Below, one piece after another: positions 1 to 11,001 of a DNA stretch of 64,000 nucleotides (positions within the stretch are counted from its first letter, which is position 1; each line of letters begins with the position of its first letter). The position numbers and the translations under genes were made by a program. The stretch comes from an uncultured delta proteobacterium (GTDB taxonomy: Bacteria; Desulfobacterota; Binatia; Binatales; Binataceae). The DNA is taken from contig CAWJET010000001.1 in NCBI GenBank assembly GCA_963842085.1, forward strand, positions 2,272,001 through 2,336,000, in the 5' to 3' direction. A model generated the notes under the pieces. It had not been told where the DNA came from. It worked only from the letters and a program-made list of their open reading frames with translations, and did no database searches.

Positions 1-910
1 GGGTCTTGGGCCGTTGGCGGAGGGCAGCGACGGGGGAGGGTCGATTCGCGGTCCGGCCTCGAACTGCGGTGTGGTGGGATTGAAACCGTCGCGCGGACGC
101 GTTTCCTATGCGCCGCATAGGGGAGAAGCATGGGGAGGATATGCGACACGCGGCCCGATCGCGAGCTCAGTGCGCGATGTTGCGATGATGCTCGACGCGA
201 TTGCGGGTCCCGCGATCGGCGATCCCTACTGGGCGCCGCCGCCCTCGCGTCCGTTCGAAGAAGCTGCGCGCGTTGTACCTGAGAATCTCAGACTCGCCTC
301 GATCGCGACCTCGAAACTCGGCGCGGTCGACCCTGAAGTGGCAGCGGCGTTCGAGTCGGCCTGCGCGACGATGCGCGAAATGGGGCATCGAGTGGAAGCG
401 ATAGACCTGGATCCCGGTGCGATGCTGCTCGAGTGCACGCGAATCCTGATATGCGTTGGGATCGCGGCGATACCGGTTACGAATCTCGACTGGATCGATC
501 CGGTCGTGCGCGAGATGTACGAATTCGGGCGCAAGGTGAGCGCTGCCGACTACCTGATCCTGGTCGCCACGATGCACAACATCGCGCGCTCGATCGTCGA
601 GCGCCTCGAGCCTTACGACGGGTTGCTGACGCCGACGATGACCCGGCCGGCGATGAGAAATGGGAGCTTTCCATCAACACCTTCGCGCTATCTCGATGAG
701 TTATGGACCTGGATAGCATTTGAGTATCCTTTCAACGCCACCGGTCAACCGGCGATTACTATTCCCGCGGGATTCAGCCGCGCGGGACTGCCTATTGGAT
801 TTCAGATCGTTGGACGACCCAACGGCGAGTTCGATCTGCTCGCACTCGCGGCCGCATTCGAAGCCGCGCGTCCATGGCGGCATCTGCGGCCGCCGCTGCC
901 GGAAGATTGA
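1..910 (+). CDS. Amidase signature family protein (5'-truncated by window edge)
   Basis: GSDGGGSIRGPASNCGVVGLKPSRGRV amidase signature; C-terminal PFNATGQPAITIP...GLPIGFQIVG. Confidence 0.93.
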   Translation, partial: GLGPLAEGSDGGGSIRGPASNCGVVGLKPSRGRVSYAPHRGEAWGGYATRGPIASSVRDVAMMLDAIAGPAIGDPYWAPPPSRPFEEAARVVPENLRLASIATSKLGAVDPEVAAAFESACATMREMGHRVEAIDLDPGAMLLECTRILICVGIAAIPVTNLDWIDPVVREMYEFGRKVSAADYLILVATMHNIARSIVERLEPYDGLLTPTMTRPAMRNGSFPSTPSRYLDELWTWIAFEYPFNATGQPAITIPAGFSRAGLPIGFQIVGRPNGEFDLLALAAAFEAARPWRHLRPPLPED

Positions 911-955
911 TCCGTGCGTGGAGAATCATTCTAAACATTTGCGAGGAGTCTGAAG

Positions 956-1684
956 ATGCCAACGTTCAAGCGCAACGACGCGTCGCTATACTACGAGGAG
1001 TACGGCACTGGCTATCCGATTCTGCTATTTGCGCCGGGCGGGATGCGCTCGAGTATCGAGTTCTGGGGCAAGAGCCCATTCGATCCGACCAGGGAATTCG
1101 CGGCCAATTTCCGCGTAATCGCGATGGACCAGCGCAATGCCGGCAAATCGAACGGGCCGATTAGCGCGCATGATGGATGGGGGACCTATACCGGCGATCA
1201 TCTCGCGCTGCTCGATCATCTTGAGATCAAGCAATGCCACCTGATGGGCGGATGTATCGGTTCGTCGTATTGCCTCGGAGTGATTAAAGCTGCGCCGCAA
1301 CGAGTCAGCGCCGCGATTCTGCAGAATCCAATCGGGCTCAGTCCGCGCAATCGCGAGATGTTCTTCGCGATGTTCGACGGATGGGCGCAGGCGCTCAAAC
1401 CGCAACATCCAGGACTTGACGACTCTGCGCTTCGGCAGTTCCGCGACCGTATGTACGGCGGCGATTTCGTGTTCAACGTTTCGCGCGAGTTTGTGCGCTC
1501 GTGCAAAACGCCGATGCTGATTCTCTGCGGCAGTGACGACTATCATCCGACGGAAACCTCGAAGGAAATCGCCGCGCTCGCACCGAACTCCGAACTCGTC
1601 GAGCGCTGGAAGACGCCCGACGCGATCGGCGCGACCGTGAAGCGCGTGCGCGAATTCCTGATCTCGCACACGCCAAAAACATGA
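956..1684 (+). CDS. Alpha/beta fold hydrolase
   Basis: RVIAMDQRNAGKS; nucleophile elbow GGCIG (Cys in place of Ser); GSDDYHP; RBS GAGGAG. Confidence 0.85.
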   Translation: MPTFKRNDASLYYEEYGTGYPILLFAPGGMRSSIEFWGKSPFDPTREFAANFRVIAMDQRNAGKSNGPISAHDGWGTYTGDHLALLDHLEIKQCHLMGGCIGSSYCLGVIKAAPQRVSAAILQNPIGLSPRNREMFFAMFDGWAQALKPQHPGLDDSALRQFRDRMYGGDFVFNVSREFVRSCKTPMLILCGSDDYHPTETSKEIAALAPNSELVERWKTPDAIGATVKRVREFLISHTPKT

Positions 1685-1693
1685 GTTAACTGT

Positions 1694-3745
1694 TTAGCTG
1701 GCGAGCGCCAGTTTGATTCGCTCGGCGAGCCCGGAGAATCGCTCGACGCCGGTGGCGATTGCATGGTCGAGCGTCGATTCGTCGCCGACAATGACGACCG
1801 AAGTCCTGCTGCGGCTGACGGCGGTATAGATGAGTTCGCGGGTCAGAACCGCGACAGGTTTCTCGGGCAGAACGATGGCGATCGAATCGAACTCAGAGCC
1901 TTGCGCCTTGTGTACGGTCATCGCGTAGCTGAGCTCGACGAATTCGCGTAGTGCGTCGAAGCGGAATGCGGCGAAGTTGTCGCCGCGCGGGAAAATCGCC
2001 ATCGGGACTTGCGCGCCGATTCCGCGCCTGACCCACAATCTGATTCCGTTGTCGCCGTTGAAGAGTCCGCGTTCGTAGTCGTTGCGCAGCACGATCAGCG
2101 GCTCGCCAACCACAAATGGAGCGCGCTCTGCCGCGACCCCCGCGGCTTCGGTGGCGCGCAAATGAAGGCGCGCGTTTATTCGCTTGGCCCCGGTTTCAAA
2201 GACGCGCGTCACGCACAAGATGCGGGACTTGCCGGCGTGCGCGAACAGGCGGCGCAATCGCGCGCAGTCGGCGTCATCGAAGCGGCCATCGTGTTCGACA
2301 TATTCATGCGCGACCAATTCAGCGATTTCCGTCCCGCCGCACACTCGCTCGGTGTACCAGCGGTCCAGGAACGAACCGAGCTCGCGCGGTGCGTTTGCAA
2401 GAAACTCGACGCCGGCGAAGGTTAGTTCGTCCGCCGATGAGCGCCGCGCCACAATCGGAGCGTTCGTGTCGTCTCTGGAATTCAGGAGCCTGGTGTCGGC
2501 GTTGTTAATCGACCGCGCCGCGAGCAAGATGGATCGGCCGGCGGCGCTCTCAGCCTTCATCCGATGATTCACTTCGAGGCGGATCGATGCCGCGGTAAGC
2601 GGATCGGTTTCGTCCCCGGGGGGGAGAACCAGATCGCGGAACACGGAACCTGCGGCGACCGACGGCAATTGGTTCGCATCGCCGAGCAGGATCAATCGCG
2701 CATCCGGCTGAATCGCGTTCGTCAGCCGTTCCAGCAGGGTGACGTCGAGCATCGATCCTTCGTCGACAATCACCACCTTGGCGCCGATTGGGTTGTTGCG
2801 ATGATGGCGGAAGCGACCCGAATCGGGTGAGTAACCGAGCATGCGATGAATCGTCGAGGGCTCGAGATGCGCATCGAGCAGGGCCTGGTCCACGCTGTCG
2901 CGCCGCTCGATCTGCGTCAGCGACTCAGTGACGCACTCGCCCATCCGGTACGCGGCTTTCCCCGTCGGCGCGGCCAGGGCAATCTCGCGGGGCTCCACGC
3001 CGAGCCGCACCATTAGGCGCATGAGCGCGACAACGATCGAAGTCTTCCCGGTGCCCGGACCACCCGAAACAACTGTCAGTCCCGCACGGGCCGAGGCGGC
3101 AATAACCTTGCGCTGTTCGTCTGACATCACGACCTGTTTGCCCTGCACGATCACCGGGCGCTCAGTCACATCGTGAAGGGCGCGACCAAGTCTCTCCGGG
3201 TCTGTTTGCTCCTGGCGGTTCGTTGTCAATAGCGCCGCCAGTCGATTAGCCAGATCACATTCGCAGTGATAGATACAGTGATGAACTATGTACGGAGCAA
3301 TGTATAATAGAGGTTTGTATTCATCTTCCTGCTGGCCGACCACTTCCGATGCGCGGTGCGAGCGCAGGAGAGCTCGGATCGAAGTGGCTATCGAATCAGG
3401 AGCGTCGTCACCAAAACCGAACGCGCACAGCGAACCGAGCATGCGACGCATTGGGGCCTCGGAAAGCTGGCCAGTTACTGGAAAGCGGGTGCTTCCCTCC
3501 TGAAGCGCAGCGAGTGAGATGAGGATGAGGACGATGAGTGCTACTCGCTCATCGTCTTCCAGAGCCGGTTCAAGCGCTCCGAGTTCTGCGGCCAGGTGCA
3601 CAGATTCAGGAGCAAGATTGAGTCCAGCCACCGATACTTCGAGCGCGCGCATGCGAGCGTTGAACGCCGAACGGCTGTCGTTGCGGACTGAATCAAATCG
3701 TCGCCACGCGGTATCCATTCCGAGCAGTGGGTATTTATCTTTCAC
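1694..3745 (-). CDS. recD: Exodeoxyribonuclease V alpha subunit RecD
   Basis: Walker A GGPGTGKT, IVDEGSM, LGDANQLPSV, YAMTVHKAQGSEF, RELIYTAVSR; GTG start at 3745 overlaps the recB stop (GTGA). Confidence 0.93.
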   Translation of the reverse strand: MKDKYPLLGMDTAWRRFDSVRNDSRSAFNARMRALEVSVAGLNLAPESVHLAAELGALEPALEDDERVALIVLILISLAALQEGSTRFPVTGQLSEAPMRRMLGSLCAFGFGDDAPDSIATSIRALLRSHRASEVVGQQEDEYKPLLYIAPYIVHHCIYHCECDLANRLAALLTTNRQEQTDPERLGRALHDVTERPVIVQGKQVVMSDEQRKVIAASARAGLTVVSGGPGTGKTSIVVALMRLMVRLGVEPREIALAAPTGKAAYRMGECVTESLTQIERRDSVDQALLDAHLEPSTIHRMLGYSPDSGRFRHHRNNPIGAKVVIVDEGSMLDVTLLERLTNAIQPDARLILLGDANQLPSVAAGSVFRDLVLPPGDETDPLTAASIRLEVNHRMKAESAAGRSILLAARSINNADTRLLNSRDDTNAPIVARRSSADELTFAGVEFLANAPRELGSFLDRWYTERVCGGTEIAELVAHEYVEHDGRFDDADCARLRRLFAHAGKSRILCVTRVFETGAKRINARLHLRATEAAGVAAERAPFVVGEPLIVLRNDYERGLFNGDNGIRLWVRRGIGAQVPMAIFPRGDNFAAFRFDALREFVELSYAMTVHKAQGSEFDSIAIVLPEKPVAVLTRELIYTAVSRSRTSVVIVGDESTLDHAIATGVERFSGLAERIKLALAS

Positions 3746-6700
3746 GCACGCAGCTCGGAGTTGGATTCGCAACTTAGTAATTCGGATTCGTAAGTGACTA
3801 CCTCATTCCACGACGGTCGTGCGAAGTAGAATCCAGTCTTGCCCGCGCCAGTCTGCGAGACGCCACGAAGAAAGACGTACAAAAGACCGCCGAATCTCGC
3901 GTCGTAGTCGCGCTCGTTGTGGATTGCGAGCATGCGTACGACACCGACTGAGTAAATTTGCGCCTGCAACCGATAGTGGCGTTCGACGTGCCACGCGACT
4001 GCGGCCGGCTCATACGATGGCAGCAGATCGCCCTTCCAATCGGCAAAGTACATCAGCTTTTCCCGCCGAAATACCAGGTCGATAAACCCCTTTATGTAAC
4101 CGCGTCCGACGGTCCAGGCACCGTCCGGGCCTTCGCCGAGGAAAGTGTGGTGTTTCTCGGGAATTGGATACGCGAATTCCATTTCGCGAACTTCGGGCAG
4201 TCGGTACAGACCGCCCTCGAGCACCGTTTCGCCGAGCGCGACCGGCGCGGTTAGCGCGTTGAAGACAATTTCGCGTCCGCGCTCCAGCCATCTCGGATTA
4301 CTCACGCCGTGCTGGCGCATAGCCCCTGCGAACAATTCGCGCACCTCGTCGCGTGCCATCCAGGATTCGAGATCCGGGGAATCGCCGAAGGATTCGAAAT
4401 CGAGCTTCTCGATAGCCTCATGCAGGAAAATGCCGACGTGCCGGCCGCCGGGCAGATCGATGTTGTCAGCCCGCGCCTCGATGGCATCGACGCTGGTTTT
4501 GAATTCAATGGGAGCCGCCGCCTGAAGCGACGTGTAGGATTCTATCGTCAATCCTCGATGACGCATTCGCAGAGCGTCGAATTCGATGTCAAGGGCAGCG
4601 GGCGGCGACGTCGATGCGAGCCAGTCACATAAGGCATTCTCGTCCAGCGCGGTTTCGTCCTTCTCCTGTTGGTCCGCCGAACCGGTCAGCGCTGGTACGA
4701 CGACGGTTTCCGTCGTGAAGAGGCTCTCCAATTTGGCTTCGCGCTCGAGCGCACGCAGTCGATCATTCAGTTGCGCATAGGAGCCCGATAGGTCTCGAGT
4801 CAGCGTTCCGTCCGGGATGTAAGGCAGTATCAGTTTCGCGCGCGCGCGGGTCAGCGCGACGTAAAGCAGTCGCTGATCTTCCTCATTGCGCTCTTGATCG
4901 AGCGCCTCCTTGTGGATGTCGCGCGCCGGTTTGCCAATCGCGAGGCGCCGCTCATTCTCGCAATGGTAGACGCTGACAGGAGCGGGGTGAGTGTATGCGA
5001 AAAATCCGCCGTAGAGAGCGACGACGTCGGCCTCGAGGCCTTTGCTCTTGTGAATAGTCATGATCTGCACGGCCTTGGGATCATCTTCGACGCGCTGGAT
5101 ATTCTGGTCGTCGCCCGGCGGTGTCGCACGCTCCGAGATGTAGGCGTCGAGCAAGTCGATTATTTCAGCGAGCGAGACTCCGCGCCGCGCCGCGTCATCA
5201 GTCAGAATCTCGAAAATGTGTTCGTAGTTGGTGAGTTCGCGGCCGCTGTCGGACAACAATAATTCACGTTCGACCAGTCCGCTTTGGTGGAGCAACGCGT
5301 CGAACAAATCGGCGAAACGCCCGGCCTCGGCAAGCGCGCGCCATACGAAAAGTCTTTCGAGCAGCGGTTGCGAGTTGTGCTCGTCGTCGAGCCGCCCAAG
5401 GTCGCCGTAATCGACGGCGAAGAAAGGCGAAGCCCACGCCTTGAGGCGGTTCGAGCGGCGGCCGGGTTGGTCAATTCCTCTTAGCAGATCGAGGATGTAA
5501 GCGGCCTCGCGGGTCTGGAACAGCCCATCCTGCTTGTAAAACGCGAACGGGACTCCAGCTTGACGCAGATACTGGGCGATTTCGGCGCTGTCGCGGTTGG
5601 TCCGGGTAAGGACGTACACGTCCCGGGCTGTAATCCTGCGCGGCGCCTTTCCGTCGTCACAAATTTCAATCGCGTGCTCCGGCTCCGCGATAATTCGTCG
5701 TATCGCTTGCGCGATTCGCGGACCTATCGCTTCGCGCATCCGCCGTGAAAACTTGTATCGACTGTCGCCAGGCTGGAACTTCATGAGAGTAACAGGTGCG
5801 ATCAGCCGGCCATTCATCCCGACGGCTCTCAGAGCGGGACGGCCGCATCTGACCGGATGGCTGTAGGTGATCTCGCCGGTAAACAATGGCGGCTTGGCAT
5901 TCTGATCGAGCATCAGGTTGCACGCCTGGATCATGTCGCTCGTCGATCGGAAATTATCGCGCAAGCGAACAACCGTGGCTCCTGATTTGGTGAGCTGCTC
6001 GCGCGCTTCGAGGTAGGCATGCACGTCAGCGCCGCGGAATCCGTAGATCGCCTGCTTCGGGTCACCGATTACGTGGACGGTGTTGCCGCCGCTGCCTTCA
6101 ATGAACACCTGTCGAAAGATTTTCCACTGAAGTTCGTCGGTATCCTGGAATTCGTCGATCAGCGCCACACGGTAGCGCTCGCGCAGGGTCGCTGCGAGCG
6201 ACTTGCCGCGCGGACCATCGAGTGCGTCGGCCAGCCACGCGAGCATGTCCTCGTAGTCCAGCGTTCCGCGCTCGCGTTTGCGGGCGTCCATTCGCTGAAC
6301 TGTCGCGAGCAGCAGTTCGTCAACCACGCGTTGCTCGATGGTCAAGGCCGCCTGCACCCGCTCCGCCGCGCTGACGATCGAGCGCACGGGGTCCGGCATC
6401 TCGTCTGGAAAACTCGGCCGAGTTTCTCTTCGATCGCGGCGTGCGCTTTTTGGATCACAGATGCGATCGAGATCGAAGTCGCGCAGGGCTTCGGCCAGCA
6501 TCGCGATCGAGCCGTTGGCGCGATTGAGGATCAGGTCGAGTTCAGCCGTCGCGGCAATCGCGTCGCGCCTGGCATCATCTGTAATCGCCGCAAGTTGGTA
6601 AGCGGCCACTAACGCTTTTGCATCGAACGCGTTTGCCAGGTCGGACAACGCCTGTCGGTTGAGTTTGGGCCCGGCGGTTCGGAGGTAGCGCTGCGAGTGA

Positions 6701-7287
6701 GCCTGCCACAGCAGTTCCTCGAGGTCATCTGAAGTGCGTTTCTCGTCCGCGAGCCACTCACCGACAAGGCGCCCGACGCGAACGTCCGACTTCAGCCGCT
6801 CGCGCAATTCGGCGCGCAGCGCCTCGTGAAACTCGAGACGGCCGCTCGCGAGGTCCATTCCAAAACGCACGCCGCTGTCAAAAGCGAGGTCGGTAAGCAT
6901 TCGGCGGCAAAAGCTGTGAATCGTGTGGATGGGGGAATGATGAAATGAAACCAGCGCGGTCTTCAGTCTTTCCCGCTCATCGTCAGCCAACCGCTTGCGC
7001 TGGGATGCATGCATGTCGTCCCCACGACGCCCGGACAGGGCGGCTTCGATCGTCGCACGGATTCGCGCGCGCAGCTCGGATGTAGCCTTTTCGGTAAACG
7101 TCACGACTAGGATCTGATCGAGCAGAGCCGCGCCGGTGCAGAGAAGGTCGACGACGATATGCTCGATCGCAAACGTCTTGCCGGTGCCGGCGCTGGCGTC
7201 GATAATCTTGTGCCCGCCGTCGAGAATTTCGTCGAGGATCGCGGGCCGATAGTACCCGATGTCCTCGGTCGGTCCAGCCGCGCTCAT
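3742..7287 (-). CDS. recB: Exodeoxyribonuclease V beta subunit RecB
   Basis: ASAGTGKT, TFTEKAT, LIDEFQDTD, GDPKQAIYGFRGAD, TIHKSKGLE, LYVALTRA; C-terminal nuclease GFIDLVF...ADWK. Confidence 0.95.
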   Translation of the reverse strand: MSAAGPTEDIGYYRPAILDEILDGGHKIIDASAGTGKTFAIEHIVVDLLCTGAALLDQILVVTFTEKATSELRARIRATIEAALSGRRGDDMHASQRKRLADDERERLKTALVSFHHSPIHTIHSFCRRMLTDLAFDSGVRFGMDLASGRLEFHEALRAELRERLKSDVRVGRLVGEWLADEKRTSDDLEELLWQAHSQRYLRTAGPKLNRQALSDLANAFDAKALVAAYQLAAITDDARRDAIAATAELDLILNRANGSIAMLAEALRDFDLDRICDPKSARRDRRETRPSFPDEMPDPVRSIVSAAERVQAALTIEQRVVDELLLATVQRMDARKRERGTLDYEDMLAWLADALDGPRGKSLAATLRERYRVALIDEFQDTDELQWKIFRQVFIEGSGGNTVHVIGDPKQAIYGFRGADVHAYLEAREQLTKSGATVVRLRDNFRSTSDMIQACNLMLDQNAKPPLFTGEITYSHPVRCGRPALRAVGMNGRLIAPVTLMKFQPGDSRYKFSRRMREAIGPRIAQAIRRIIAEPEHAIEICDDGKAPRRITARDVYVLTRTNRDSAEIAQYLRQAGVPFAFYKQDGLFQTREAAYILDLLRGIDQPGRRSNRLKAWASPFFAVDYGDLGRLDDEHNSQPLLERLFVWRALAEAGRFADLFDALLHQSGLVERELLLSDSGRELTNYEHIFEILTDDAARRGVSLAEIIDLLDAYISERATPPGDDQNIQRVEDDPKAVQIMTIHKSKGLEADVVALYGGFFAYTHPAPVSVYHCENERRLAIGKPARDIHKEALDQERNEEDQRLLYVALTRARAKLILPYIPDGTLTRDLSGSYAQLNDRLRALEREAKLESLFTTETVVVPALTGSADQQEKDETALDENALCDWLASTSPPAALDIEFDALRMRHRGLTIESYTSLQAAAPIEFKTSVDAIEARADNIDLPGGRHVGIFLHEAIEKLDFESFGDSPDLESWMARDEVRELFAGAMRQHGVSNPRWLERGREIVFNALTAPVALGETVLEGGLYRLPEVREMEFAYPIPEKHHTFLGEGPDGAWTVGRGYIKGFIDLVFRREKLMYFADWKGDLLPSYEPAAVAWHVERHYRLQAQIYSVGVVRMLAIHNERDYDARFGGLLYVFLRGVSQTGAGKTGFYFARPSWNEVVTYESELLSCESNSELRA

Positions 7288-10200
7288 TTGAATATCGCTA
7301 TGATCGGGTTGAAGCGGCGCTTCACGATTTCTTCGATCTTCTCTTCGCTTGGAGGATCGGAATCGGCGGCATTTCGCACCGGTCCGTATTTGGAACTGTT
7401 CCTCGAGAAATCGTTGAAGCGGACGAGGTCGACAGTCTCGATCAAATCGTGAGGCGCCGCAGGCTTGTGCAATTCCTTGACGACTTGCTCGACCGCTTCG
7501 ATCGGCAAGAAGTAGTCGTTGCCCGTCGAAAGCAAATCGCTGACGACTATTCCCAGGAAGGTGAGCGCCGAATCCCGGTCCATTGGCCGGAACTCACGAA
7601 TCCATTCGTTGGGATGCGTCGACTCTGTTCCGACCACGATTGCGCGAAATTTTTCGGGCAGCTTCACTCCGGCGGCGGCAAGGACAATTGCGTTAAGGAA
7701 CGGCACCAGAAAATCCTTGGGCTTGACGTTCTTGTGCAACACGCAATTGATCGCAGCGCCCGCATCCGGCGAGACGCCCCGAATCGTGCCGTAGAGACTC
7801 AGTCGCCGCGCCACGACCGTTCCGTCATGGCGTCTGACGTTGGCGTTCAGCGCGATCGGGGCAAGGATCTGGCCAGTGTCGGCGAATTCGTCGGCACGTC
7901 CGATTCGGATGTCCTTCCATCCGTCGAAATCGCTCACGCCGGCTTGGGAAGCCTGCGCGATCCATCGACCGAGCTCCGCTGTATCTGCCGTTTCCGCCGC
8001 CTGCGCGAACTGCCCTGCCGGAGCGTGCCCTCGAGCCTGCGCAATCCGGACCTCGCGCGCGTACTCTTCGCGGAGCGCGTCGGGACTTTCGCCGGCGCGC
8101 CAGAAGACATTGCGCAGCATGACCGCACGATCGAGCTGCGATTGCTCGATCGGTTCGTCCGCCGTCTCCTCAGGCGCATCTTCGTCATCCAACATCCCGA
8201 GCGAATAACGGGCGGCGCCCTGCAAAGGACATTCGAGATATTTTCGGAGTGCCGCTATCGGAAGCGCGATCTCTTCAAGCGGCGCCGGTCGTCCCACGGC
8301 TGACGATTTTTCAAATTCGGCGAACTGCAAATCCTTTCGCAGGCGCTCGCGCAGCTTATCCCCGAGATGATCCAGCAAGTTCTCGCCCTGCGGCATCGAG
8401 CGACTCGTCGAGTACGTTTCTATCTTCCGTCGCAGCGCGAGCATCCGTGCACCGCTGCGCGCGTCGGGATCGAAGCTTGCGAATTCGTGATCGCCGTCCG
8501 GAGCGGTGCCTCCGGTAAGTCCGGGAAAATATTTCAGGTCATAGCGGCTTGCCGGATGTTTCACCGTCAGCTTCGCCAGCGTTTCCTCGTCGACGAATCC
8601 GCGTAGCATGTACTGCAGTTCACGGATGACCGACGAGGGCTCGAGGACGTCGCCAGTTTTCGCATCGCGGGCAACGTAGGAGAAATAAATCCGCTCGCGG
8701 GCAGCCAGGATCGTTTCGAGGATCAGATAACGATCGCGCTCGGCCGGAGTGACATCGCCCGCGACGCGCCTGAGCATCCGCAAGTCAAGCGGATCGCGAT
8801 GTTCGCGCTCGGGGAATGCAGCTTCGTTCAACCCGAGCGCAAAGATCACTTTGAATGGAATCGACCGCAGCGAGGACAGCGCTCCAACCGCAACACCTTG
8901 CCCCGAGTATTGTCCGCGGAGCGATTCGAGATCGGTGACTCGCCCCGCGATCATCTCGCGCGTCGATTCATATGACATCGGACCAATGTCCAGGTCCGAG
9001 TCGCCGATAGACTCAATCGCCTCCAGGAAGCTGTCCCTCGCCTGCTCATCGATCGCGCTTTCTGGCCGTATGTAACCGCTCACGAACTCGATGATCATCC
9101 GCGACCATTGCCTCGGGGTCAGCCGCGCGTCGCGCATCGAGAGCGCGTCGGCGATGAGTGATCGCGCCGCGCCCATGAATCGCGCCGCCGTCTCGAGTTC
9201 ATCCTGCGCGATTTCGAACGGCAGGTAGCCGGGGCCCGCCACCCCCGTCTGGTAAAACTCGGGCTCCCCGCCGCGCTGACCGGCCATCATCGTGCCCAGG
9301 GCGAGGCGTTTGATCGCCTGATCCCAGTGGTAGAGCCCGTGCGGAATGTAGGTGCCTTTCAGGTCGTCGTCGTCGGCGCCGAAGAAGATACCGAGCGCCT
9401 CGCTCCAGCGAGGCCATTTCTCGACGTCGATTCGAGTTTCACTTTCGTTGTTCAACGCGGGATGCGTAAGCACCCGGATCATCTCTTCGCGCGAGAAGCG
9501 GCCGCTCGGCAGTTTGAGAAGAGACTCGACCGCCTCGGCGACGCGGCTTGCGCCGGCGCTGCTGCGGCTGACGAGATCGACGGGAATTTGATACTGCTTA
9601 CCAAACACGCTTTCGATGTGCGCCACGTACTCGTCAACAGCCGCGTCTGGAATCAGCAGCGCAATTTCGTGAAAGCGAATGCGCTCGGCCCCGCAATTGG
9701 CGGCAAGTTTTTCATTGGCGCGCACGAGCGACCAGATCTCGTGCGCAACGATTTCGATCTCGCGGCGAATTCCCGGGCAGGCAAGGAACCGAAGCCGCGC
9801 TTCGTATGGCTTGCCCTTCCTCTCCTCGACGTTCGCGGGCTGCGGTTCGCGATCGAGGATGTTTTGCTGAAGAGCTTCGAGCAGCGTCGGCGATTTGGTG
9901 GCAACCGGATCGGTAAACAACGGCGTGAAATCGCACTGCGACAATTCATTGAGCAGCCGAATATACTCACGGCCCGGCCGCCCCCAGAGCCGAAGAGCGG
10001 GCGGATCGGATGATTCGTTCAATGAGAATGGGTCTTCTGAGTCGGCGAGCTTCTCACCGACTTTGTCCTGACGATGGGCCCACGCGGGGAGCGCCCCGCG
10101 GCGTGAGGTGTCCACGTCCTCCCAAAACTCGCGGCACGGATTCAACGCGTAGATCCGAATATCGCCGAGTGCGCCGAGTCTGGCAAAGATTTCCGCGTAA

Positions 10201-10892
10201 GCATTTCCCGCGTACGAAGCGCCGAACACGTGAAGTGTCCCGGGCAGCACCGGTTTGAGGATGCGGTCGTCACTTGCCTCGAATGCGTCGGGCAGCATCA
10301 TCAATCGAGTCCCGCGATCCAAACGCCACTCCTCGCGCACGGCGCCGTGCGAATCGAACACCGACAGCCACAAATGCCGCTGCCATCGCTCGGTCTCGCT
10401 CATCGCGTCCAACTCAGTTCGCATGGCGGCGCGCCACTTCCTGATCATGCGCCGCCGCGAAATCGAGTATTCGCGAAACAGCCGCGCCAACTGCGCCGCA
10501 AGCAAAAGCGTCCTGAGCTCGACGTCGGCGTCGGTTCTGGATCCTGCCTGGATGTAGTCGCGCGCCGGCTTCAACTCGGAGTCATCGCGATGGCTGGAAC
10601 TTCGAAGGCACTCGAAGAGAACCAGTTGGAGTTCATCGGCGTCCAGAATTCTCAGGTTCTTGTCCGTCGAATGGAGGAGCGTGGCGAGATAATTCCGCAG
10701 GAATGGAAATTTCAAATTTGCCGCGACGCCGATGGATTCGGCCAGCCGGTAGCGGACGAATTGTTCGACAACGCGGTTGGGCACGACGATCGAAACCGGC
10801 TCGAGCGGCGCGCGCCTCTGATGCACGGTCACCGCCCCGGCCAGCGGCGCGATCAGATTTTCGAGACGATTGGAGTAATGCAGACGAATCAT
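7284..10892 (-). CDS. recC: Exodeoxyribonuclease V gamma subunit RecC
   Basis: MIRLHYSNRLE N-terminus, GVAANLKFPF, LNPCREFW, RSIPFKVIFALGLNE, DRYLILE..LAARERIYFSY; recC-B-D order with ATGA overlap. Confidence 0.93.
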   Translation of the reverse strand: MIRLHYSNRLENLIAPLAGAVTVHQRRAPLEPVSIVVPNRVVEQFVRYRLAESIGVAANLKFPFLRNYLATLLHSTDKNLRILDADELQLVLFECLRSSSHRDDSELKPARDYIQAGSRTDADVELRTLLLAAQLARLFREYSISRRRMIRKWRAAMRTELDAMSETERWQRHLWLSVFDSHGAVREEWRLDRGTRLMMLPDAFEASDDRILKPVLPGTLHVFGASYAGNAYAEIFARLGALGDIRIYALNPCREFWEDVDTSRRGALPAWAHRQDKVGEKLADSEDPFSLNESSDPPALRLWGRPGREYIRLLNELSQCDFTPLFTDPVATKSPTLLEALQQNILDREPQPANVEERKGKPYEARLRFLACPGIRREIEIVAHEIWSLVRANEKLAANCGAERIRFHEIALLIPDAAVDEYVAHIESVFGKQYQIPVDLVSRSSAGASRVAEAVESLLKLPSGRFSREEMIRVLTHPALNNESETRIDVEKWPRWSEALGIFFGADDDDLKGTYIPHGLYHWDQAIKRLALGTMMAGQRGGEPEFYQTGVAGPGYLPFEIAQDELETAARFMGAARSLIADALSMRDARLTPRQWSRMIIEFVSGYIRPESAIDEQARDSFLEAIESIGDSDLDIGPMSYESTREMIAGRVTDLESLRGQYSGQGVAVGALSSLRSIPFKVIFALGLNEAAFPEREHRDPLDLRMLRRVAGDVTPAERDRYLILETILAARERIYFSYVARDAKTGDVLEPSSVIRELQYMLRGFVDEETLAKLTVKHPASRYDLKYFPGLTGGTAPDGDHEFASFDPDARSGARMLALRRKIETYSTSRSMPQGENLLDHLGDKLRERLRKDLQFAEFEKSSAVGRPAPLEEIALPIAALRKYLECPLQGAARYSLGMLDDEDAPEETADEPIEQSQLDRAVMLRNVFWRAGESPDALREEYAREVRIAQARGHAPAGQFAQAAETADTAELGRWIAQASQAGVSDFDGWKDIRIGRADEFADTGQILAPIALNANVRRHDGTVVARRLSLYGTIRGVSPDAGAAINCVLHKNVKPKDFLVPFLNAIVLAAAGVKLPEKFRAIVVGTESTHPNEWIREFRPMDRDSALTFLGIVVSDLLSTGNDYFLPIEAVEQVVKELHKPAAPHDLIETVDLVRFNDFSRNSSKYGPVRNAADSDPPSEEKIEEIVKRRFNPIIAIFK

Positions 10893-10942
10893 CGCGGCTC
10901 AGCTATACGCGCTTTTCACTCAAGCAACATATATTGTTATGC

Positions 10943-10957
10943 TGACAACGGTTGTCA
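10943..10957. promoter_or_regulatory. Palindrome TGACAAC-G-GTTGTCA, candidate operator of the WYL regulator
   Basis: 7-1-7 perfect inverted repeat in the short divergent recC/WYL intergenic region; adjacent AACA-TATAT-TGTT at 10926-10938. Confidence 0.55.
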
Positions 10958-11001
10958 TCGGAAGAGATGATGAGATCGGGCGAATTCCCGAAGCAGCTGC
11001 G

